Below, one piece after another: positions 20,991-30,829 of a stretch of DNA of 42,641 nucleotides. A program made the translations under genes and the position numbers. The stretch's first letter is position 1. Each line of letters starts with the position of its first letter. The DNA comes from Bdellovibrionales bacterium (lineage in GTDB: Bacteria > Bdellovibrionota > Bdellovibrionia > Bdellovibrionales > JAMPXM01): assembly GCA_043739185.1 (NCBI GenBank), contig JAYUEN010000234.1, positions 1 to 42,641 of the forward strand, read 5' to 3'. The notes beneath the pieces are model-generated. The model had not been told where the DNA came from, searched no databases, and saw only the letters and a list, made by a program, of their open reading frames with translations.

Positions 20991-22104
20991 GCGTATTCAA
21001 AATCCTTTGGTGCCCTAATAATATGCCAGAATAAATTTTCTCTAGATCCACTAAGTCATAACACATTGTTGGCTGATCGCAAAATCGTTTCCAGCAAGGG
21101 CCACAAGTCGCTTCGCTTAAAACCTTTATTCCCTTGTCATACAAATCAATCTCCTGACGGCAAGTTGGTCCAAACCACGCTATCATCCATTTACTAAGGG
21201 CAATACCAATGTGCATTCCAAGGCTATCGCCACTTACAATTATGTCACACGCGTTGCAACTTATGATCCCGTCGCGCAAGCCAGAGTCGGTCGGGCTTTG
21301 AATGACATCAAGCCCCTCTGCAACTTCTTGATTGCGAATAGCGTCTTCTCGACCACCTAAGAGAACAATTTGAAATTTCGAATTTGCAGATACCTTGGCA
21401 ATCAAATCTCGATGCGCTCTCACACTCATTTTTTTATAACGAATAACATCACTGCAACCCGTATTGAGTCCCACGATGATTTTTGTGCCTTGCGACCAAA
21501 GACGTTTGCGTCGTTCAGTCTCTTTTTGCTCTTGCTCTGTTAGAGGAAGTAGATAGGAATCTCTTTTATATGGCGAAAGCTCAAGGGCCTCACAGGTAAG
21601 CTGCGTCTCAGGTTTTTGGTTTTCAAAAAATTTCTTTTGATTACTTAGCCCCAAGCTCCAAAGTTCAAATGCCGCTTCAGTTGCCGGCACAATCGACCCT
21701 GACTTCGCATCCAACTGAAAACCAAAAAACAATTCACTTTGAATTTCAGCGGCAAGGCCAGTCGCCGCAAAAGATTTATCAATGCAAAAACACACATCAA
21801 AATTAAGTGCGCGCAAGGCGAGAACGCTACTGAGCTCATAGTTTAAAACTCGATCTACCAAGGGATTATGCATGAGCAACTGGTCGGCAGGTTTTTGTGT
21901 GATCCAGGTAATATGTGAGTTCGGAAATTTTCTCTTTATTGGGGCGAGTAAAGCAGTTGATCTCAGCACGGCCCCTAATGCCTCGAGATGAATGATCAGT
22001 ATACGTGTGCTCGGGATCTGAATAGACGGACAATTTTCATCGCAGAGATCGTTCTTACCACATGGTTTGTATCCGTTGAAATGTCGGCAATTGATCATGC
22101 TCAT
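20947..22104 (-). CDS. Glycosyltransferase family 9 with a Cys-rich N-terminus
   Basis: CRHFNGYKPC..C...C, LEALGAVLRST, GDSLGMHI, WFGPT, CGPCW. Confidence 0.88.
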   Translation of the reverse strand: MSMINCRHFNGYKPCGKNDLCDENCPSIQIPSTRILIIHLEALGAVLRSTALLAPIKRKFPNSHITWITQKPADQLLMHNPLVDRVLNYELSSVLALRALNFDVCFCIDKSFAATGLAAEIQSELFFGFQLDAKSGSIVPATEAAFELWSLGLSNQKKFFENQKPETQLTCEALELSPYKRDSYLLPLTEQEQKETERRKRLWSQGTKIIVGLNTGCSDVIRYKKMSVRAHRDLIAKVSANSKFQIVLLGGREDAIRNQEVAEGLDVIQSPTDSGLRDGIISCNACDIIVSGDSLGMHIGIALSKWMIAWFGPTCRQEIDLYDKGIKVLSEATCGPCWKRFCDQPTMCYDLVDLEKIYSGILLGHQRILNTHASKDINYTDSIYW

Positions 22105-22180
22105 ATTCTATAAGCTTACTACGGCTGAAGGCTTTGAGAAGGTGACTTTTATAAAGTCTAGACTCGAGTCGATGTCGCCA

Positions 22181-23320
22181 TTACATATTTTTGGCTGGCT
22201 CAAAGACCTTTTCTGGTTTTGGCTCAACTATTGGAGTGGGCTCTGGACCACCCTTATCGTCGCCGCGCTCTAGACTCTTGATCTCGGCAACTATTTTTCC
22301 AATTTTAATCTTACTCTCAATTTTCAAAATAAATTTTCGGTCATCGTCTGTCAGCCATAAAAAGATATCGCCAATGGGCTTAAAGACTCCTCCGATTTCA
22401 ATATGAGGCTGGAGCACGATGGCATCAAAAGTACCCGCTGGTGTACTGAGCTTTTCACGACGCAAAACTTCTGCCGTAACTTGAATATTTTCTTTTTCAT
22501 GCGCCAAGCGGTAAACCAGCTTTTTGCCAGGCTCAAGCTTGAAAGTTCTTAAATAAAATGGCGCCGAAAATACATTTTGCGAATATTCTAAGATATCCCA
22601 TTCATATTTCTTTTCCTCGACGCCATCTTCTTTGGTAATCCTTTTATCCCAAAAACTTCCCTTCATGGTATTCCAGTTAAAGAAGCTTCTGGTTTCGCGA
22701 AGCTGCTTACTCTCTTTCACATGAAGGGCATAATTCATCGGCACCATATTTTCAAAGTCGACAAAAGTTTCAAGCCAATCATCTACTGCATAAAACATTT
22801 CAAAGACACTGACGGTTTGACCACTGGCTGCAAAATGGTAAGCTTTTCTGCCATTGACATAGACAAAAGGCAGAACTTTCATCGAGAGTTCTCCCGCCAC
22901 GACGCCAAAATAGCTCACTTCAAAACTCATTTTTTCGCCAACTCGGAATGGATCATTCGTTGGGCGCCTACCCACAAAACCTTCCGAGTCTTCAAAACTC
23001 GGCAAATGAACCGTTTTAGCAACTGCATCTACCTCGGCCTTTGGAGGATGAAGCACTTTAGCGGCTTTATGCCTCAAGATTTTCGCGGGAGATTTCTTGG
23101 GATACAGCTCTAAATATTGAGTAGAATCTATTTTAACATACTTGCCAGATGGTCCTTCGATCTTTGAAATCGTAACGGCTTTATCATATTCGTCACTTTT
23201 CAATAGCTGAGCTGCATTGTCTTTTTTTAAGAATTTAGCGCTGCATCCAGCCTCTAAGAAAATTACAAAGAAACAAAACGCAAAAAAATAATTGAATTTA
23301 AACTTTGGGACCTTCAACAA
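22181..23320 (-). CDS. DUF3108-like lipoprotein
   Basis: Lipobox-like LEAGC; PFRVGEKMSFEVSYFGVVAG, TPAGTFDA and IFLWLTDDDRKFILKI are typical of DUF3108. Confidence 0.75.
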   Translation of the reverse strand: MLKVPKFKFNYFFAFCFFVIFLEAGCSAKFLKKDNAAQLLKSDEYDKAVTISKIEGPSGKYVKIDSTQYLELYPKKSPAKILRHKAAKVLHPPKAEVDAVAKTVHLPSFEDSEGFVGRRPTNDPFRVGEKMSFEVSYFGVVAGELSMKVLPFVYVNGRKAYHFAASGQTVSVFEMFYAVDDWLETFVDFENMVPMNYALHVKESKQLRETRSFFNWNTMKGSFWDKRITKEDGVEEKKYEWDILEYSQNVFSAPFYLRTFKLEPGKKLVYRLAHEKENIQVTAEVLRREKLSTPAGTFDAIVLQPHIEIGGVFKPIGDIFLWLTDDDRKFILKIESKIKIGKIVAEIKSLERGDDKGGPEPTPIVEPKPEKVFEPAKNM

Positions 23321-24203
23321 AATCCTTCCAACGCCTATGAATCCACATCCACTGACCGGGATGACGTCGTACTATTTCCTCAATCTTATCAGTATACTTC
23401 TGTGTGAGCATCGAGATTGTTTGAGCGCGATCGGGTGATTGCGGATCTAGTCCAAAGTCTGCAATCGAGAGCTCCTTTTCAAATACGACGACTAGCTTAT
23501 TATCTGGTCTTCTGTAGGTATAGCTCACCACCAAGGGAGCATTGGTTCGAAGATGCACAAGTGCTAAGCCCATGGCTGTTCCCGTTTCGCGCCCAAAAAA
23601 TTTCGTCCGTACCCCCACCGGTGGTCCCATAAATTGATCAAGCACAAATATTACAATTTCATTCTGACCGAGAGCGCGCAGAATCGTAAATGAACTTTTC
23701 TCTGGAGAAACAAATTTCGTACCGTGGTTTGCCCGCATCCCGAACCAGAGGTCATCGAGCCATTTTGATTTAAATCTCTTTGATATCAGATGAACCTTTA
23801 AGCCGCGAATTGAACACCCAGTAACTCCGAGATCGCCATTGCCAATGTGCATACTTAAAAACAATACACCTTTTTTTCTTTTAAGTGCTTCATTTACATT
23901 TTCAAAGCCTTGAAATTCCATAAATTGATCAAGCTTATTTGCAGTTAAAAAAGGAAATTGCGCAAAATCAACAAGCGTTTGCCCCATATTTCTAAGTGAA
24001 TCTCGTCCGATATGTACAATTTCGCCTTCACTTTTTTCAGGAAAAGCCAAACGCAAATTTTCAAGAGCAACCCGACGCCGAATTCTAAAGACATCAAACC
24101 AAAGTACGCCGAAAAAATCGCCTAAAAATTGTCGGACCTTTGCCGGAGAATAGGCAACGACCGCAGCTAATATTTTACCGAGGAATCCTATCAAAAACTG
24201 CAT
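23298..24203 (-). CDS. Lipid A secondary acyltransferase (LpxL/HtrB family)
   Basis: RRRVALENL, HIGNGD (Hx4D), LDQ, FFG, PGQWMWIHRRWK. Confidence 0.92.
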   Translation of the reverse strand: MQFLIGFLGKILAAVVAYSPAKVRQFLGDFFGVLWFDVFRIRRRVALENLRLAFPEKSEGEIVHIGRDSLRNMGQTLVDFAQFPFLTANKLDQFMEFQGFENVNEALKRKKGVLFLSMHIGNGDLGVTGCSIRGLKVHLISKRFKSKWLDDLWFGMRANHGTKFVSPEKSSFTILRALGQNEIVIFVLDQFMGPPVGVRTKFFGRETGTAMGLALVHLRTNAPLVVSYTYRRPDNKLVVVFEKELSIADFGLDPQSPDRAQTISMLTQKYTDKIEEIVRRHPGQWMWIHRRWKDFVEGPKV

Positions 24204-25263
24204 CTAAAAGCTCCGGAGCTAAAAGTTTAAGGTGACTTACCAAAATAGGTAGCTGCAATTTCACGCCTTTCATTTTAACAGCATCTTTTTCAGTGACAAC
24301 AATATATTCAGACCCACTTTGAAGGGCCTGGCTTTCGATACGTTTGAGTATTTCACTTGAAAAGTCCGCATGATCTGGCAATACAAAATGTCCCGCGACT
24401 TGCACAGTACCTTTAGCGTTGATCAAATCTAAAAACTGCGCTGGCCTTGCAATCCCTGATGCTAAAAAAACCTTTTTGCGATCACGATTTTCAAAATGAA
24501 AAACCTGATTTGAATCCAATAAAACAAATTTCGAAATCTCATTGGAGGCTTCTATAAAAGTGCTCTTATGAGTCTTAAGAGCTTTCAAAATATTTCTCAG
24601 ACAAGTCACTCTGGCCACTGAAACCAGATTGATTTTATTTAAAATGATAATGTCCGCTCTTCGCAAACCCAATACAAAATCTTCTCGGCCGCGTCCCAAG
24701 GGAAGCGGCAAATAGTCTAAGAAACCAGCGGTCGCATCGATTACTAAAATATCGAGATTTCTGCCGAGCTTGCGGTGCTGAAAAGCATCGTCTGCCAAAA
24801 TTATCTGAGGTGCTTCAGCTTGAGAGCGCAACATCATTTGAGCGGTTTCAAATTTATTTTTTCCGACCCAAACCCGTGCCTTTAATGTCTCATTAAACCA
24901 AGTTGGCTCATCACCGAAAATCGACGAAGCTTGGTCCAACTTAAAATCCACCTCAACTGCGTCCTTTGAAAAATAAGTGGCATAATTTCCGCGATAACCG
25001 CGACTTATGATATAGGTCAAAAGGCCTTTTGCCATTAGTCCTTTGTAAAGCTCTGCTGTTATCGGAGTCTTACCCGTGCCGCCTGCAGTTAGGTTGCCGA
25101 TGCTAATAATTTGCGGGCCTGATACGAAATTGACCTTCAATATTCTCAAATCATAAAGCAAATTGCGAAATAGCATGATCACGGAGTAAACAGCTCCAAG
25201 CAATAGCAATAAGGGAGACAAAATAATTTTAAGTATCTTTATTGGATTTGAAAATGAATTCAC
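24175..25263 (-). CDS. lpxK: Tetraacyldisaccharide 4'-kinase
   Basis: GNLTAGGTGKTP, SRGY, GDEP, DDAFQH, SGIARP, TEKDAVK. Confidence 0.95.
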   Translation of the reverse strand: MNSFSNPIKILKIILSPLLLLLGAVYSVIMLFRNLLYDLRILKVNFVSGPQIISIGNLTAGGTGKTPITAELYKGLMAKGLLTYIISRGYRGNYATYFSKDAVEVDFKLDQASSIFGDEPTWFNETLKARVWVGKNKFETAQMMLRSQAEAPQIILADDAFQHRKLGRNLDILVIDATAGFLDYLPLPLGRGREDFVLGLRRADIIILNKINLVSVARVTCLRNILKALKTHKSTFIEASNEISKFVLLDSNQVFHFENRDRKKVFLASGIARPAQFLDLINAKGTVQVAGHFVLPDHADFSSEILKRIESQALQSGSEYIVVTEKDAVKMKGVKLQLPILVSHLKLLAPELLDAVFDRIPR

Positions 25264-26426
25264 AAATACTCATTGAGAATATCTGCTACTCTCTTGGTTG
25301 CATCCTTCTCACCAAGCTTTGCCTGCAGGCCAGATAATTTATTTGCGGTTTCTTCAAATTTAGTTTTGGACTCCAACAGATCACCTAAATTTTTAGCTAA
25401 AAATTCGGGCGCGGCTTCTTCTTGAAAGAGCTCGGGCACAGCTCGCTCGTTCAAGATCAAATTTGCCATGCCAAAAAATGGGGTTTTATTGACGAGTAAT
25501 TTCGCTACCTTTGCCGAGAACGCATTCATGCGATACATAATGACCATGGGTTTGTGTAGCAAGCCCACCATAAGCGTCGCAGTTCCGGAAGCACATAAAA
25601 TCAAGTCGGTCATGGCGATCATTTCCATTGGTTCATCTTTTATGATTTGAATTGGCAATTCAAATTCGGAAAGGACGGGCATCACACTCTCTCGCTCCAA
25701 TGTTGGCGCGAGCAATAAAACGATTTTCAGCCAAGGAAACTTTCGAATCAAAATTTGACTTGCTTCAAGTTGGGCCCGTAAATGATGTTTGATCTCAGAA
25801 CGTCTGCTTCCGGGCATAAGGCCCAAAACCTTATCATCTTTTTTCAGGCCAAATTTTTCACGTTTATACTGAATGAAACTCGGATCAAAAAGCTTAACAT
25901 CTATTTCATCCAAAAGTGGATGACCAACAAAGTCGACCGGCACATTGTACTTTTGATAAAAATCTTTCTCAAAAGGTAAAATAACCAACATCCGGTCTAC
26001 TACTTTTTGAATATTGTGAACTCTACCGGTTCGCCATGCCCAAATCTGCGGAGAAATATAATAAATAACTTTTATTCCGAGCGCTTTAAGATCTTTGGCC
26101 ATTCGCAAATTAAATTCTGGATAGTCGAGCAAGAGCGCAAATTTTGGCTTTCGTCTTTCGGCCTCTGCCAGAATTTTTTTATAGGTGGCTTTGATCAGCG
26201 ACCAGTGCGCAATCACTTCTTGCAGACCCACCACCGCCATTTCTTCAGAGCGCCCAATTATTTCAAAACCCAGAGACTCCATGGCAAAATTGCCAATCCC
26301 AAATCCGTGCGGCGGTTCTTGAGATTGCGAGTTTCGCTTCCAGTATTGCAAGAGGCGCTCAGCATAAAGCGCACTCGAGGCCTCTGCAGCGATGATGAGA
26401 ACTTCTTTTCGATCAGATTGGTTCAC
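25260..26426 (-). CDS. lpxB: Lipid-A-disaccharide synthase
   Basis: AEASS, LDYPEFN, YISPQIWAWR, FVGHPL, PGSR, SGTATL. Confidence 0.96.
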   Translation of the reverse strand: MNQSDRKEVLIIAAEASSALYAERLLQYWKRNSQSQEPPHGFGIGNFAMESLGFEIIGRSEEMAVVGLQEVIAHWSLIKATYKKILAEAERRKPKFALLLDYPEFNLRMAKDLKALGIKVIYYISPQIWAWRTGRVHNIQKVVDRMLVILPFEKDFYQKYNVPVDFVGHPLLDEIDVKLFDPSFIQYKREKFGLKKDDKVLGLMPGSRRSEIKHHLRAQLEASQILIRKFPWLKIVLLLAPTLERESVMPVLSEFELPIQIIKDEPMEMIAMTDLILCASGTATLMVGLLHKPMVIMYRMNAFSAKVAKLLVNKTPFFGMANLILNERAVPELFQEEAAPEFLAKNLGDLLESKTKFEETANKLSGLQAKLGEKDATKRVADILNEYL

Positions 26427-27391
26427 GGAATAAACTTTATAAGTCTTTGATTGATATCGTTACTAATACGGTCGGCAAGCGCTAAAGCGATGAGGCCATC
26501 TTCGCCCGAAACGATAGGGCGAGTATCCTTTTCAATACAAGTGATAAAGGCTTTGGTTTCTTCTAGAAGTGCATCGACCTTGTCCATATTCCAAGAGTCA
26601 AATTCAAGGGGAATTTGATCTTCCTTCCACTCCCCTTTGGTTTTAGTGGTAAGATTGACTTCGCTGGTACCAAAATCAATTGATAGATACTGACTGCTTT
26701 GAAAAACTCGAAACTTTCTGGTTGAACTTTGAGAAACCCTCGAGCTCGTAACATTGGCAACCGTTCCGCTTTCAAACTCAATTCTGGCATTAGCAATATC
26801 AACATATTTTGTTAGCACGGGTGCACCGACTGCCGAAATATTTTTCACTGGTGATTTAACAAGTGACAAAATAACATCCAAATCGTGAATCATGAGGTCT
26901 AAGATCACATCCACATCTACGCCGCGAGGCTTAAAGGGCGCCAAACGATGGCACTCTATAAAAAGCGGATTCATCAATTTCTCTTTGGCAGCGGTAAGGG
27001 CAGCATTGAATCTCTCAACATGACCAACTTGAAGTTTTAGCTTTTTTTCACGCGCGAGTTTCACCAAAGCCTCAGCTTCAGGAATCGTTGCCGTCATTGG
27101 TTTTTCAACGTGAACGTGAATTCCGTTTTCTAAAAAGAATTTCGCAATTTCAAAATGTGAACGCGTCGAAGATGCTACAGTCACGGCATCTACCTGGCCA
27201 ATGAGCTCTCGATAATCTGAAAATGCCTTGCTGCCCACTTCGCGCGCAATATCGCCCGCACGCTCAAAATTCGCATCACAGACCCCTACGAGTTCGATGT
27301 TTCGACCAGTATCAACTAAAGTCTTATATTTTTGCGCATGAAATCTTCCCAAATATCCAACGCCAACTACTGCACACTTCAATTTCTTCAT
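26423..27391 (-). CDS. gnnA: Gfo/Idh/MocA oxidoreductase, likely GnnA (UDP-GlcNAc 3-dehydrogenase)
   Basis: GVGYLGRFHA, EKP, GHVERFN, DLMIHDLD. The position between lpxA and lpxB is that described for gnnA. Confidence 0.75.
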   Translation of the reverse strand: MKKLKCAVVGVGYLGRFHAQKYKTLVDTGRNIELVGVCDANFERAGDIAREVGSKAFSDYRELIGQVDAVTVASSTRSHFEIAKFFLENGIHVHVEKPMTATIPEAEALVKLAREKKLKLQVGHVERFNAALTAAKEKLMNPLFIECHRLAPFKPRGVDVDVILDLMIHDLDVILSLVKSPVKNISAVGAPVLTKYVDIANARIEFESGTVANVTSSRVSQSSTRKFRVFQSSQYLSIDFGTSEVNLTTKTKGEWKEDQIPLEFDSWNMDKVDALLEETKAFITCIEKDTRPIVSGEDGLIALALADRISNDINQRLIKFIP

Positions 27392-27434
27392 GATTTTCAG
27401 CTCGCTCTTTTTTATTTTTATCGCTCAAACCAAA

Positions 27435-28229
27435 TTACTCGCGAGCAATCCCGCGATCAGAAGGTTCTTCAATTGCTTTTACGAAATAACTAAGGGACTC
27501 AGATGGCTGGCACTCCGCTTTAATTCGAGCCACACATTCTTCAATTGTGCCGGTCCCTTTGGTGAAAATACGAACGGCGCGATTGATGGCCTCGATGTCC
27601 TCTTTGGCAAAACCCGCGCGTTCAAGGCCAATCCGATTGGTCGCCCTCATAATGGCGTATTTACCCTGAGCAATTGTAAAGGGAAGAATGTCTTTATTGA
27701 CCGCACTGTCGCCGGCAATCATGGCATACTTTCCGACACGAACAAATTGATTGAAGGCACAAATCCCGCCAACTTTGACGTGATCTTCAAGCGTCACATG
27801 TCCTGCCAATTGCGAGGAATTCGCGATCACCACGTGATCGCCCACGCGACAGTCATGCGCGACGTGCGAATAAGACATAATGAGACAATGACTCCCAATG
27901 CGGGTTATACCACCGCCGCCAGGAGTTCCGATATTCAATGTTGCGAGCTCGCGAATGTGATTGTGATCACCAATGATGAGTTTTGTCGCTTCACCCTTGT
28001 ATTTCAAATCTTGGGGGGGACCGCCAAGCGCTGCTCCCGCGCATACTGTATTGTTTTTTCCGATTTCAACAATACCGAATTCGCTACCAATACATACGTG
28101 CGAAATTAATTTGGTTCCTGAATCAATTTTTACTCGGCCAATAATATTACAAAAAGGTCCGACTTCAACATCACTGGCAAGTTCGGCAGTCTTTGAAATG
28201 ACGCTCGAAGGATGGATACGATTGGCCAT
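27435..28229 (-). CDS. lpxA: UDP-GlcNAc(3N) acyltransferase LpxA
   Basis: Hexapeptide repeats, PQDLKY, SHVAHDC, LAGHV, N.IGLERAGF. Confidence 0.96.
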   Translation of the reverse strand: MANRIHPSSVISKTAELASDVEVGPFCNIIGRVKIDSGTKLISHVCIGSEFGIVEIGKNNTVCAGAALGGPPQDLKYKGEATKLIIGDHNHIRELATLNIGTPGGGGITRIGSHCLIMSYSHVAHDCRVGDHVVIANSSQLAGHVTLEDHVKVGGICAFNQFVRVGKYAMIAGDSAVNKDILPFTIAQGKYAIMRATNRIGLERAGFAKEDIEAINRAVRIFTKGTGTIEECVARIKAECQPSESLSYFVKAIEEPSDRGIARE

Positions 28230-28238
28230 ATTCTCCTC

Positions 28239-28742
28239 TTAATTTGGATTTAGATTGTGGGGATCGACCAGCAAAAAAACTTTTGCTAAAACTTCAGCCT
28301 CCGCCACTAAGTTGCCACGTACTCTTGCCTCACACTTAACAATCACCATTGAGCCGCGATCTTTTTTTATTTCTGCAAAAATCTCAAGCACATCACCGGG
28401 GACAACAGCGCGACGAAATTTTGCTTCTTTTATTGAAGCAATTAAAACATCTAATTTGGGTCCGTCAGGATCTACGCAAATGAGTGCTGCCGCTTGGGCC
28501 ATAGCTTCAACCTGAAGCACACCCGGCATAATTGGTTTATGAGGAAAGTGGCCGGTGAAATAGGGCTCATTGAAGGTGACACACTTAGTGGCCCACAACT
28601 TACAGCCCACGCGATTTTCATTGGGATAAGTCGGTGGACGCTCAAGCCGCTCCACCCGATCTACCAAAAGAAACGGAAACCGATGCGGCAAAAGCCGCAT
28701 GATATGTTCAACATCATATACAGGTTTCTCGGCGAAATGCAT
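28239..28742 (-). CDS. fabZ: 3-hydroxyacyl-ACP dehydratase
   Basis: LPHRFPFLLVDRV, FTGHFP, MPGVLQVEAMAQ, FRRAVVPGD. Confidence 0.96.
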   Translation of the reverse strand: MHFAEKPVYDVEHIMRLLPHRFPFLLVDRVERLERPPTYPNENRVGCKLWATKCVTFNEPYFTGHFPHKPIMPGVLQVEAMAQAAALICVDPDGPKLDVLIASIKEAKFRRAVVPGDVLEIFAEIKKDRGSMVIVKCEARVRGNLVAEAEVLAKVFLLVDPHNLNPN

Positions 28743-28745
28743 AAC

Positions 28746-29282
28746 TTACTTTCCGGCAGATTTCTCGTACTCTTTAACGATTTCATCTGTCATATCAATA
28801 TCTTTTTTTGCCCAAAGCACACTTTGCTCAGATTTTTCAAGCACTACGGTATAGCCATCAGCCTTCGCTCGTTTGTCTAAAATCTCTTGAAGCTTTTCAA
28901 GAATTGGCTGAGTCATTTCACGCTCTTTCTTTTGCAAAGCCGCCTGAGTGCTTTGAACTTGCTGCTGAAATTTTCCCATTTCTTGCTGCAATTCAATTTG
29001 TTTCTTTTGCTTTACTTCATCACTCAAAACCAATTTCTTTTTATCGAGGTCATCGTTCATGGCTTTCAAATCTTTTTCTTTTTTCTCGAGCTCCTCTTTC
29101 TTGGCATCATATTCTTTTTTTAAATCTTTTTGCGCTTTTTTACCTGCCGAAGTATCCTGTAGCGCCTTTCTCAAATCGACATAACCTATTTTTGTTTCGG
29201 CTCGGGCTGAGGTTGCAAACAAAAGAACGCACGACACAATCGCTGCCAAAATCGAAGCTGTAAAATGACTTGTTGGTTTCAT
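28746..29282 (-). CDS. skp: OmpH/Skp periplasmic chaperone
   Basis: Signal peptide, KIGYVD, long Lys/Glu/Gln coiled coil, GYTVVLE...DMTDEIV. Confidence 0.92.
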   Translation of the reverse strand: MKPTSHFTASILAAIVSCVLLFATSARAETKIGYVDLRKALQDTSAGKKAQKDLKKEYDAKKEELEKKEKDLKAMNDDLDKKKLVLSDEVKQKKQIELQQEMGKFQQQVQSTQAALQKKEREMTQPILEKLQEILDKRAKADGYTVVLEKSEQSVLWAKKDIDMTDEIVKEYEKSAGK

Positions 29283-29560
29283 GAAATATTTCTCCTTTGA
29301 GCGATCAGACTATTGAGAAGCTCTCACTTTCTCAACCCTTAATGCAGCTTGATATTTATTTTAGCTACTCAAAAAATGCCTTTAGCAACAGCTACTTATT
29401 TCGATTTGTTTGAGGATTTGGTCCCAATTTTGGCCAAGCTGCCTAGTTGATCGACAAGGCTTAGGCTTTTTTATTCAAAACTTGCAAGTGGTTTCAATGA
29501 CTTAGACGTGTCGGCGCCGAGAACGCTTCTTGAATATTGAAGTTCTATCTAGAGGTAGAC

Positions 29561-30829
29561 GTGCGCATTGTTTGTGAAAACTCTAAAGCAAAAAATATTT
29601 CGGCTTCAAGCCGAAGTCTGCTTTATCTTAAAGCTTATACCATATTGTGCCTAAGCCTGCTTCTCTTCGCTTCATCAAGCTTTGCCCAAAGCCTTGATTT
29701 TGATTCGAGCCAATCCAATACAAAAGCCAATACTCCGAATTCAAATTCAATGAAAACTCCCGCCGCCAAGCAAGCTCTACCAGATAAATTTCAATATGAC
29801 TTAATGGCTGGCTTTGGCGGAAATTTTTATGGCGACGAAAAACAACAAGAGCAAAGTGCTGCTGCAAGTTTTTTTTCAAAATTAATTTATAGTCCATTGA
29901 GTTTTGCTGAATTTGATTTGTCCGCCGGATTTAATCTCATCACTGGCCACTCTCAGTACCGCTACGGCGACTCTGAGTCTCATAGTGGCTTTTCTTTTAA
30001 AGAAGCCGCCATCAAACTAAGTCCTTTTAGTCATTTTAAATTTAGTTTGGGCGCTTTATCGGTTCAAGACTTTTCGATTCCGAGCCTAGTTGTTTCAGAC
30101 TATGCCTTTCCGGGAATCAGCGAAGAGCTTATGTTTGGAACCGAACATCAGCATATTCAAATTTTTGCTGAGCAAATGATTCCGACTTCGAGCTCACTAT
30201 CAACCCAAACCGCAGATCAAGAAATCACTCCGGCCTTTTATGCCGAAGGCATTGATTTGAAAACTCCCCTATTCAATCGTAACTTGATCGGCGGACTCTC
30301 GCTTGGCCATTTCAAATTTGCCAATCTCCCCGGTGCCGTCGCCAACCAAAGTGCGCTTTACGGAAATACCGTTTACGAAACCGGTCCCAATTCATCGCAA
30401 TTTCACTATGCCTTTGAAGGCTTGTTTGCAAGCGGTGATCTTGCCTGGAAAATCAACTCTAAATTCAAAATCAGCTTGAGCGAACAGCTGGTAAGCAACG
30501 GCGCAGCTCCGGTCGATTCACGACTCGGTCAAGTCACAGAAGCTAAAATTGAATACAAGGCAACAGCTGATCTTATTATCACGCCGTCTTTTGAAGCTTA
30601 TTTCAATGAATCCGATTCTTCTCCAGCCTATTTCAATTCAGCTGAGTATGGACACAACAATATGGAGGGCTATGGCGGCCACTTGAAAATCGAATTTCCC
30701 AAAGAACATTTTTCAGCAAAAGCTGATTACTACAATTCAAGCCTAATCAATCAAAATTCGAGTCAGTATAATCAACAATTTTTCTTTTTGAGGTTTGTGA
30801 CCGACTATGGCAACTCTAAACTTTTTTAA
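29561..30829 (+). CDS. Hypothetical exported protein, predicted outer-membrane beta-barrel
   Basis: GTG 29561 follows a GAGGT RBS (track start is 29537). Signal peptide ending SSFA-QS; alternating aromatic strands; terminal FFFLRFVTDY strand. Confidence 0.7.
   Translation: MRIVCENSKAKNISASSRSLLYLKAYTILCLSLLLFASSSFAQSLDFDSSQSNTKANTPNSNSMKTPAAKQALPDKFQYDLMAGFGGNFYGDEKQQEQSAAASFFSKLIYSPLSFAEFDLSAGFNLITGHSQYRYGDSESHSGFSFKEAAIKLSPFSHFKFSLGALSVQDFSIPSLVVSDYAFPGISEELMFGTEHQHIQIFAEQMIPTSSSLSTQTADQEITPAFYAEGIDLKTPLFNRNLIGGLSLGHFKFANLPGAVANQSALYGNTVYETGPNSSQFHYAFEGLFASGDLAWKINSKFKISLSEQLVSNGAAPVDSRLGQVTEAKIEYKATADLIITPSFEAYFNESDSSPAYFNSAEYGHNNMEGYGGHLKIEFPKEHFSAKADYYNSSLINQNSSQYNQQFFFLRFVTDYGNSKLF

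Noticed and set aside
27390..28109. 239-aa plus-strand ORF
   Set aside because: Antisense to lpxA with no recognisable motifs. The same applies to the other short ORFs nested in pil, lpx, helicase and abiE genes.
29491..29528. IHF-like TTTCAATGACTTA and a GG-N10-GC or sigma28-like GCCGAGAA upstream of the beta-barrel gene
   Set aside because: Each matches its consensus only partly, with no TTGC and no properly spaced -35; too weak to call.
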